A DNA stretch of 64,000 bases from an uncultured bacterium (GTDB lineage: Bacteria; Zixibacteria; MSB-5A5; UBA10806). Under the pieces are notes generated by a model. It was given only the letters and a program-made list of their open reading frames with translations, did no database searches and had not been told where the DNA came from. A program made the translations under genes and the position numbers. Positions 57,297 through 64,000 of this stretch are shown here, one piece after another. The stretch covers positions 32,001 through 96,000 of the forward strand of contig CBEUCH010000010.1 of NCBI GenBank assembly GCA_965541585.1. The letters run 5' to 3'. Positions within the stretch are counted from its first letter, which is position 1, and each line of letters opens with the position of its first letter.

Positions 57297-58460
57297 ATGA
57301 ATAAAGATAAATACCTGTTCACGTCGGAATCTGTTACTGAGGGGCATCCCGATAAGGTATGCGACCAGATATCCGATGCTGTTTTGGACGATGTGATAAG
57401 GCAGGACTCCGCAGGCAGAGTTGCCTGTGAAACCTTCATTACTGTCGGACTCGTAATAGTGGGCGGCGAGATAACCACGAATGCCTATGTGGATATCAAC
57501 AAGCTAACGCGGGATGTTCTAAAGAATATAGGATATACGGAATCCAAGTATGGCTTCAATTATAAAACCTGCGCCGTCCTGAACGCCATAGGCCCCCAGT
57601 CTCCTGATATTGCCCAGGGTGTTGATGTCGGCGGGGCCGGGGATCAGGGTTTGATGATTGGCTATGCTGTCAATCATACTCCGGAGCTGATGCCGCTTCC
57701 GCTAAGCCTTGCGCATAAACTCTCCATGCGGCTGGCCGAGGTTCGAAAGAAAGGGATATTGCCCTATCTCGGCCCCGATGGTAAGACACAGGTGACGGTC
57801 GAATTCGAGGAGGGCAAACCGGCTCGGATCGATACAGTGTTGATATCCTCTCAACATACCGAGGATATACTTGACGATACCAGAGACAGGATCGCGGGGA
57901 ATGCCGTTGATGAAATCATCAGCGAGGTTGCTCTTCAGGTGATCCCCGCAGAAATGCTGGATGACAAGACAAAGTATCTTGTAAATCCAACAGGCAAATT
58001 CGTAATCGGCGGTCCGCAGTCGGATACCGGCATGACCGGCCGAAAGATAATTGTCGATACCTACGGCGGATCGGCCTCGCATGGAGGAGGCGCGTTCTCC
58101 GGAAAAGACCCGACCAAGGTCGATAGATCGGCCACTTACATGGCGCGTTACATTGCCAAAAATATCGTGGCCGCCGGGCTTTGCGACGAGTGCACCGTCC
58201 AGCTCGCCTACGCCATCGGGGTGGCAGAGCCGATATCAATTATGGTTTTCACAAATGGTACCGGACTTGTGCCGAACGCCCGTCTAACTGAACTGGTGAA
58301 AAAACATTTCAATCTGACTCCCCGTGGCATAATAGAAAGCCTCAACCTGATGAATCCGATTTACCTGAGGACCGCCGCGTATGGTCATTTCGGGCGCGAA
58401 GTTCCCGAATTCACATGGGAAAAAACTGATAAGGCGGATATTCTCAAGAAAGATGCATAA
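57297..58460 (+). CDS. metK: S-adenosylmethionine synthetase
   Basis: [38 protein letters not shown] 57297 follows GGAGGAG. Confidence 0.98.
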   Translation: MNKDKYLFTSESVTEGHPDKVCDQISDAVLDDVIRQDSAGRVACETFITVGLVIVGGEITTNAYVDINKLTRDVLKNIGYTESKYGFNYKTCAVLNAIGPQSPDIAQGVDVGGAGDQGLMIGYAVNHTPELMPLPLSLAHKLSMRLAEVRKKGILPYLGPDGKTQVTVEFEEGKPARIDTVLISSQHTEDILDDTRDRIAGNAVDEIISEVALQVIPAEMLDDKTKYLVNPTGKFVIGGPQSDTGMTGRKIIVDTYGGSASHGGGAFSGKDPTKVDRSATYMARYIAKNIVAAGLCDECTVQLAYAIGVAEPISIMVFTNGTGLVPNARLTELVKKHFNLTPRGIIESLNLMNPIYLRTAAYGHFGREVPEFTWEKTDKADILKKDA

Positions 58461-58473
58461 CTGAGGTGCGATA

Positions 58474-59730
58474 ATGAACTACGATATCAAGAACATCAAA
58501 CTCTCGTCGGGCGGTAAGAAGAAAATAGAATGGGCGGAGAAATTCATGCCCGTACTGAGATCCATAAAAAAGCGATTTGCCAGGGAAAAGCCTCTAAGAG
58601 GGGTGAGGATGGCCTGCTGTCTTCATGTTACAACTGAAACCGCTAATCTGATGATCACCCTTAAAGCCGGTGGCGCCGAGCCTTATCTGTGCGCCTCCAA
58701 CCCGCTTTCCACCCAGGATGATGTAGCCGCATCTCTGGTCAAAGATTACAGGATACCGGTGTATGCCGTCCGGGCGGAATCAAACAGGGTCTACTACGAT
58801 CATATCAACGCCTGTCTGGATGCTCATCCGCAGTTCACCATGGATGACGGCGCCGACCTCGTCAGCATCCTTCATACCAAGAGAAAAAGACAGGCGAATG
58901 AAATAACGGGCGGCTCCGAGGAGACGACCACGGGCGTGATCAGGTTGAAGGCCATGGAGAAAAAGGGGGTTTTGCTTTTTCCGGTACTGGCGGTGAACGA
59001 TTCGAAGACCAAGCATCTTTTCGATAACCGCTATGGCACAGGCCAATCGACGGTGGACGGTATACTTCGTGCGACCAACGTTCTCCTGGCAGGCTCCACC
59101 GTGGTGGTGGCCGGTTACGGCTGGTGCGGGCGAGGATTCGCCAGGCGGGTCATGGGGATGGGGGCCAATATCATCGTCACCGAAATAGATCCGCTGAGAG
59201 CGTTGGAGGCGATCATGGACGGCTATCGGGTAATGCCGATATCTAAGGCTGCCAGGCTGGGAGATATATTCGTCACCTTGACCGGCGATATTAACGTTAT
59301 CCGCGATGAGCATTTCAAGGCTATGAAAGACGGGGCAATCGTGGCCAATTCCGGACATTTCGATGTTGAGATCGCCTTGAAATCGCTCCGAAAGATGTCT
59401 ACAAAGAAACGCGAGATCCGTCCGGAGGTGATGGAATACACGCTCAAGGGAGGCAAGAGAATCCTGGTTCTGGCCGAGGGTCGCCTGGTGAACCTGGCCG
59501 CTGCCGAGGGGCATCCGGCATCGGTTATGGATATGAGTTTCGCAAACCAGTCCCTGGGCGCGGAATGGATGCTGAAGAACGGCTCCGGGCTGGGACGAAA
59601 GGTTTATGCAATACCCGAAAGAATCGATAAGGATATTGCCCGATTGAAGCTGGCGTCCCTGGGTATTTCGATTGACAGGTTGACAGCGGAGCAGAGGCAG
59701 TATCTGACATCATGGGAACTCGGCACCTGA
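58474..59730 (+). CDS. ahcY: Adenosylhomocysteinase
   Basis: [47 protein letters not shown]. Confidence 0.98.
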   Translation: MNYDIKNIKLSSGGKKKIEWAEKFMPVLRSIKKRFAREKPLRGVRMACCLHVTTETANLMITLKAGGAEPYLCASNPLSTQDDVAASLVKDYRIPVYAVRAESNRVYYDHINACLDAHPQFTMDDGADLVSILHTKRKRQANEITGGSEETTTGVIRLKAMEKKGVLLFPVLAVNDSKTKHLFDNRYGTGQSTVDGILRATNVLLAGSTVVVAGYGWCGRGFARRVMGMGANIIVTEIDPLRALEAIMDGYRVMPISKAARLGDIFVTLTGDINVIRDEHFKAMKDGAIVANSGHFDVEIALKSLRKMSTKKREIRPEVMEYTLKGGKRILVLAEGRLVNLAAAEGHPASVMDMSFANQSLGAEWMLKNGSGLGRKVYAIPERIDKDIARLKLASLGISIDRLTAEQRQYLTSWELGT

Positions 59731-59800
59731 AGAAGGAAATCCCGGGCGGCGGATAGAGACAGGCTCATTGAAACACCTGCGCCAGAGGATTGCTTTTTAT

Positions 59801-59827
59801 TCAATTTTACTTAGCGTCTGCCGAAAT
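59801..59827 (+). promoter_or_regulatory. sigma28-like promoter upstream of csp
   Basis: TCAATTTT-N11-GCCGAAAT. Confidence 0.4.
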
Positions 59828-59866
59828 TAATAATAGATAACGGTCAATTATTATGAGGAGGTATTA

Positions 59867-60070
59867 ATGCCCACCGGAGTAGTCAAATGGTTCAATGACA
59901 AAAAGGGGTTTGGATTCATCAAGCCACCGGATGAAGGTAACGATATCTTCGTCCATTATTCGGCTATTAAGGACGATGGATTCAAGACTTTGATGGCAGG
60001 GCAGGCTGTTGAATACGATTTTACGGATGGCCCGCGAGGGCGGCAGGCCACGGAGGTCATAAAATTATAG
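59867..60070 (+). CDS. Cold-shock domain protein
   Basis: GVVKWFN, KGFGFI (RNP1), DIFVHYS (RNP2); GAGGAGG RBS. Confidence 0.97.
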   Translation: MPTGVVKWFNDKKGFGFIKPPDEGNDIFVHYSAIKDDGFKTLMAGQAVEYDFTDGPRGRQATEVIKL

Positions 60071-60094
60071 TCAAAACATTTAATCCGAAAATCT

Positions 60095-60124
60095 AAATCC
60101 CGGTTTTCGGCCGGGATTTTTTTT
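60095..60124 (+). terminator. Intrinsic terminator after csp (possibly bidirectional)
   Basis: AAATCCCGG/CCGGGATTT stem followed by a T8 run. Confidence 0.85.
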
Positions 60125-60219
60125 GACAGAAGTGTCCATTCGGGCTTCTGTTAAAACTCATCTGAAATATGCAGGCTTAATCTGAATAGTTCCTTTCGAG
60201 AATCACGGATTATGATTGT

Positions 60220-61311
60220 TTACTTTTTTGCCTTTATCATCATCCCGATCCCGATTGCCAGGAATACGAGATCGCCGAGGGATGCCGCAAGAAGCGGCGG
60301 CAGCTTGCCGTTGTTGCCGAGGCTCTGGCCGGTACGGATCAAAACGAAGAATATAAACGATGTTATAATCGATATGCCGAACCCGACAGATGGTCCTGAG
60401 CGCCTGGGGTTGGCCGCCAGCGGCAGGCCTATCAAAGCCAGTATGAAATTGGCGAAAGGAAAGGTTATCTTGAGATAAAGCTCCACCTCGTCCTTTTTCG
60501 TCGGTTCGCCGATCGTCTTTTTCTGATCGATCCTCCTTTTCAAGCTGAAGAAATCTACCTGGCGCGGAGGAACCGGCAGCTCCGCCAGCATCTCCGGTGT
60601 CTGGGTCAAGAAGGGCACCCATCGTGTATCAAATTCGTCATAGCGATCAGACATACCGGTTGTATCATCGTAGAACTCCTGGACGTTTCCATTTATAAGT
60701 ATCCACCCGGAATCAGAGGAGATTATCTTCTCTGCGATATATGTTTTAACAATCTTGTTACCTGTTATCTTGTGGACTTTGACGTCTTTCCCCTCTTCTG
60801 TGCTGATATTGTATGTTTTGCTCAGCAGGATCCAGCCGTCGCTGCCGGGAACCTTGACGTCGCTACGGGTCAATCGCGAAGGCCTCGCTCTCTTTTCTAT
60901 CAGGGTCGATTTGATTTCGGCCTTACGCCTTTCGCAGCCGGGAAGGACAAACTCGCCGGATAACATCACACCTATCGATATTACGAAGGCTGCGGTCAGG
61001 ATAGGCGCTGAAATCCTATAGAGGCTCAATCCCGAGGCCTTCATCACGTCGAGTTCGTGGTTTTTTGCGAGCGAGCCCATAGAGAACAAGGTCGACACCA
61101 GCATGGCGACGGGGAAGGCGAGTATTATGTAAAACGGCATATAGTTGACATAATACCAGCCCATGATATCAAAACCGACATCATATCTCTGGATCATACG
61201 CCAGCCGCGTTCGACGAAATCCACGACGAAGACAATAACGCTGAATGCGATAATAGTCCCTATAAGGCCGCTTGAGAATTTTTTTAAGATATATCTATCG
61301 AGAGTCTTCAT
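60220..61311 (-). CDS. lptG: LPS export ABC permease LptG-like
   Basis: LDRYI, NHELDVMKASGLS, KITFPF, LPPLLAA; follows an lptF-like gene. Confidence 0.85.
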   Translation of the reverse strand: MKTLDRYILKKFSSGLIGTIIAFSVIVFVVDFVERGWRMIQRYDVGFDIMGWYYVNYMPFYIILAFPVAMLVSTLFSMGSLAKNHELDVMKASGLSLYRISAPILTAAFVISIGVMLSGEFVLPGCERRKAEIKSTLIEKRARPSRLTRSDVKVPGSDGWILLSKTYNISTEEGKDVKVHKITGNKIVKTYIAEKIISSDSGWILINGNVQEFYDDTTGMSDRYDEFDTRWVPFLTQTPEMLAELPVPPRQVDFFSLKRRIDQKKTIGEPTKKDEVELYLKITFPFANFILALIGLPLAANPRRSGPSVGFGISIITSFIFFVLIRTGQSLGNNGKLPPLLAASLGDLVFLAIGIGMMIKAKK

Positions 61312-62672
61312 GTTCGAGGCCGCATGAACTGGCGCCTTGATGGCACAAATATCGATTGGATTCTATCCATAATGGATACCACGGTCGACTGCCTGATATA
61401 CATAATATTCAACATAATTCCAGCTCCCCCGACAACAAAATTCGGGAGCCACATGGCCCAGAAGGCGGGCAGGGTGTTTGAATCGGCAAGTTGTTCCCCT
61501 CCGATTAGAAAAGCCCAGTAGACGATGAAGAAGAAAAGCGATAATGCAATCCCGGTTGCAAATCCGCCTCGTTTTGCAAGCGCGCCAAGCGGGGCGCCGA
61601 TCAGTACGAATGATATACAGGCCGCCGGGATCGAAAACTTCTTATGTATCTCGACCTCCATGGAGTTAATTTCACGTCTGTAGTTGTCAGCGCTCTTCTG
61701 GAAAAAAGCGAGTCTGGCCCTTACATTTTTGTTTTTGGCATAGGCCTTCTTGGCGGCTCCTTTTGTGAGTCCGAATTTGATTACCTTATCTTGAAGATAG
61801 ATGTTTAGAATTTCTGAAACTGCGAAATTGGCCAGGCTATCGGACTGGCTGTTCACCTCGGACAGTTTTTGGCGCCTCTCCCGATTGCGCTCCAGCATCA
61901 TGGCCACGGTCATCTCACGGTCGCCGCGATTACTCTGCGTTGTCCGCTCCAGACTCGATGAGGCCCCCGGTATCGCTATGGTCTGACGTGCAAAATCTGT
62001 CCTGGTGATACCGGCATGGTCTTTGGGATCAACCTCTAATATTTCACCGTCCTCCAATTCCATCATGAGTGTGGAGCCATCGGCACTAAAATACATCTTG
62101 CCTCGTTTGGCGGTTATGATCCTCTCGCTGTTTTTCGTTTGAATTATTATTATATCGGATATTTCGGACGTTTTTCTGGCAATGGTCTTGACCCTGATAC
62201 TGTAGCCCTCGAAATAGTCGAGGAAGATATTTTCCTCCAACGACCAGGTCGGCTTTTTACGCGTGATATCGGTAAGCAGCATTCTAGCCTTATGGTTGGA
62301 TTCGGGAAGGACTCTATCGTTAAACCATATCATTACAAAGGTCAATAAGAGCGCGCTTCCCAATACCGGCAGGAGCAGACGGTAGAACGGTATACCGCAG
62401 GATTTGCAGGCGGTGATTTCGTTGTCGGCCGCCATCCTTCCGAAAACCATTAGTACCGCCACCAGAACCGCCATGGGAACCGACAGAGCAAGCATCCATG
62501 CCAGGTTTAAAGCGAATAGTTCAACGACCAGAGGCGCATTGATACCCCTGTCTATTATGAGATTCATGATATCAACCAGAAAATCCATTATCAGAACCAG
62601 TGTTATTATTGCCAGGCCGAAAAAAAACGGCCCCACCGATTCTCTCACCAGGTATCTGGACAAGGTTCTCAT
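61308..62672 (-). CDS. lptF: LPS export ABC permease LptF-like
   Basis: LSRYL, DNEITACKSCGI, EIHKKFSIP, GAPLG, AMWLPN. Confidence 0.85.
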   Translation of the reverse strand: MRTLSRYLVRESVGPFFFGLAIITLVLIMDFLVDIMNLIIDRGINAPLVVELFALNLAWMLALSVPMAVLVAVLMVFGRMAADNEITACKSCGIPFYRLLLPVLGSALLLTFVMIWFNDRVLPESNHKARMLLTDITRKKPTWSLEENIFLDYFEGYSIRVKTIARKTSEISDIIIIQTKNSERIITAKRGKMYFSADGSTLMMELEDGEILEVDPKDHAGITRTDFARQTIAIPGASSSLERTTQSNRGDREMTVAMMLERNRERRQKLSEVNSQSDSLANFAVSEILNIYLQDKVIKFGLTKGAAKKAYAKNKNVRARLAFFQKSADNYRREINSMEVEIHKKFSIPAACISFVLIGAPLGALAKRGGFATGIALSLFFFIVYWAFLIGGEQLADSNTLPAFWAMWLPNFVVGGAGIMLNIMYIRQSTVVSIMDRIQSIFVPSRRQFMRPRT

Positions 62673-62681
62673 GATTAGTTG

Positions 62682-62710
62682 ATTATATTGGCGTTAAGCG
62701 GCTTCCACAA
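62682..62710 (-). promoter_or_regulatory. sigma70 promoter of lptF-lptG
   Basis: TTGTGG-N17-TATAAT on the minus strand, 9 nt before the ATG. Confidence 0.55.
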
Positions 62711-62758
62711 GCAAATTCTGCTTGACACAAAAGCCCGATGTTCGGTTATTGAAATCCT

Positions 62759-63712
62759 ATGAAACCTTCATTCATAGCCGAGCTTTCGCCGGGTGACGAT
62801 GTCGATGATCTATTTGCCATCCGCAAAGTGGATCTGAGAGAGTATTCCGGTGGCAAAATGATAATCCTCGAGCTGGTCGACCGATCAGGCCGTTTGAGCG
62901 GTGTGATCTGGAATGGATCATCGGAGATAATGAAAAATCTTCGCCCGGGGGAGGTTCACCGAGTAAGAGGCGCGGTTTCAACATATAAAGGCGAAAGCCA
63001 GGTTACTGTTGAAAGGGTCGAGCCTATTACCGATTATGATCCGGAAGATTTTTTACCGCGCGGGCCCTTCACATTTGATGAGCTCAACACGAGGTTAACA
63101 GATGCAATCAGCAGGATATCCGATAGCAATTACAGGGAGCTTCTGAAAAGTATACTCTCGGAGGAGAAGTTTCGCCGGGAATTTCTTCAGGGAGTAGGCG
63201 GCAAGCTCTGGCATCATAATTATGTCGGAGGGCTGGCGGAACATTCATTGTCAGTCTTCGATCTTTGCTCGAATTTTGCATCGCAATACAAAGAACTCGA
63301 TAAAGATATTCTTCTCACGGGCGCGCTTCTGCACGATATCGGCAAGGTGGAAAGCTATTCGTTAAACAGCGCCATCGATTATACGGATTCGGGAAGGCTT
63401 CTCGGGCACATCGTGATCGGCGACCAGATGGTTAAGGATGCTATTGCGGGCATACCGGATTTTCCCCGCGAGAAGACTATGAAGATCCGGCATTTAATTT
63501 TGTCTCACCAGGGCTCACCCGAACAGGCGTCGCCGGTTCCACCCATGATTCCGGAGGGGATGGCTCTTTATTTAGCAGATCTCCTGGATTCCAAGCTGGC
63601 AGCATTGCGTCGAATAAAAGATAAAGAACATCGATCGGGGGTTAAATGGTCAAACTACGTCAAGTTGTTGGACAGGTTTATTTATTTTGGCGACGGTGAA
63701 GAGGATGAGTAA
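62759..63712 (+). CDS. YhaM-like 3'-5' exoribonuclease (OB fold + HD domain)
   Basis: N-terminal OB fold (LVDRSGRL), HHNYVGGLAEHS, LHDIGK, GRLLGHI, ILSHQG, DLLDSK. Confidence 0.9.
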   Translation: MKPSFIAELSPGDDVDDLFAIRKVDLREYSGGKMIILELVDRSGRLSGVIWNGSSEIMKNLRPGEVHRVRGAVSTYKGESQVTVERVEPITDYDPEDFLPRGPFTFDELNTRLTDAISRISDSNYRELLKSILSEEKFRREFLQGVGGKLWHHNYVGGLAEHSLSVFDLCSNFASQYKELDKDILLTGALLHDIGKVESYSLNSAIDYTDSGRLLGHIVIGDQMVKDAIAGIPDFPREKTMKIRHLILSHQGSPEQASPVPPMIPEGMALYLADLLDSKLAALRRIKDKEHRSGVKWSNYVKLLDRFIYFGDGEEDE

Positions 63713-64000
63713 AAAAGTATATGATCCCATAACGGCCCTTATTCCTCTTCCCGCAGTTATGGTAACGTGTCAGAAGCCCCGGGAGAAGGCCAATATCATA
63801 ACGGTATCCTGGACCGGAATAGTCTGCAGCGAGCCTCCCATGATATCGATAAGCATTAGAAAAAACAGGTATTCTCACGATATCATAAAAAGCACCGGGG
63901 AATTTGTCGTTAATATAACCAATCATAAGCTGGCGGCCGCCACGGACATCTGCGGCGTGGTATCGGGACGCGACCATGATAAATTCAAACTTGCGGGTTT
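63705..64000 (+). CDS. Flavin reductase/flavoredoxin family protein (runs off window end)
   Basis: Manual translation: MSKKVYDPITALIPLPAVMVTC...ANIITVSWTGIVCSEPPMISISIRKNRYSHDIIKSTGEFVVNI...CGVVSGRDHDKF. Confidence 0.88.
   Translation, partial: MSKKVYDPITALIPLPAVMVTCQKPREKANIITVSWTGIVCSEPPMISISIRKNRYSHDIIKSTGEFVVNITNHKLAAATDICGVVSGRDHDKFKLAG

Noticed and set aside
59731..59800. SAH-riboswitch-like CAGGCTC within a stem-loop next to ahcY
   Set aside because: It lies downstream of ahcY and lacks the GAGGAGCG...CGCTC pairing. It is better explained as an irregular terminator-like structure (AATCC/GGATT, GGCG/CGCC, CAGG/CCTG, then T5).
1..64000. Prophage, defence island, IS, tRNA/rRNA or frameshifted genes
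   Set aside because: None recognised. The window is almost fully tiled by intact housekeeping and envelope genes.

Overview
The window is a gene-dense core-genome segment of a diderm bacterium, probably from the FCB superphylum. A candidate Zixibacteria-like lineage is my inference from the T9SS-type C-terminal domains, LptF/G, Lnt, meso-DAP-type MurE, CdaA and E. coli-like sigma70 promoters. In order it holds: a DUF4139-like 3' end, a TPR lipoprotein and priA; an HD-purM-gpmI-lnt-porZ-like-GNAT-deacetylase-GT4-GT2-GT4 operon; a convergent gingipain-like C25 peptidase; the dcw cluster (mraZ to ftsZ); mltG-ruvX-NUDIX-M16/M16; a MATE pump, a CheY-like protein and a second T9SS-type cargo; tilS-hpt-ftsH-folE-folP-cdaA-obgE-dprA-ptsH-ptsI-pgi/pmi-NTP transferase; metK-ahcY; csp; lptG/lptF; and yhaM plus a flavin reductase. 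I found no rRNA, tRNA, CRISPR array, integrase or transposase. The best candidate for an undescribed system is the tightly coupled porZ-like, VimA-like, VimE-like, VimF-like, GT2, GT4 block. It resembles a self-contained module for making and presenting the linker glycan that anchors T9SS cargo, possibly outside Bacteroidota. Also notable: a highly structured REP/REPIN-like insert between 40-bp direct repeats at the 3' end of ftsZ, a FolE with substituted conserved residues, two sigma28-like promoters and probable leaderless genes. All family calls come from motif recognition by eye; no database searches were run.
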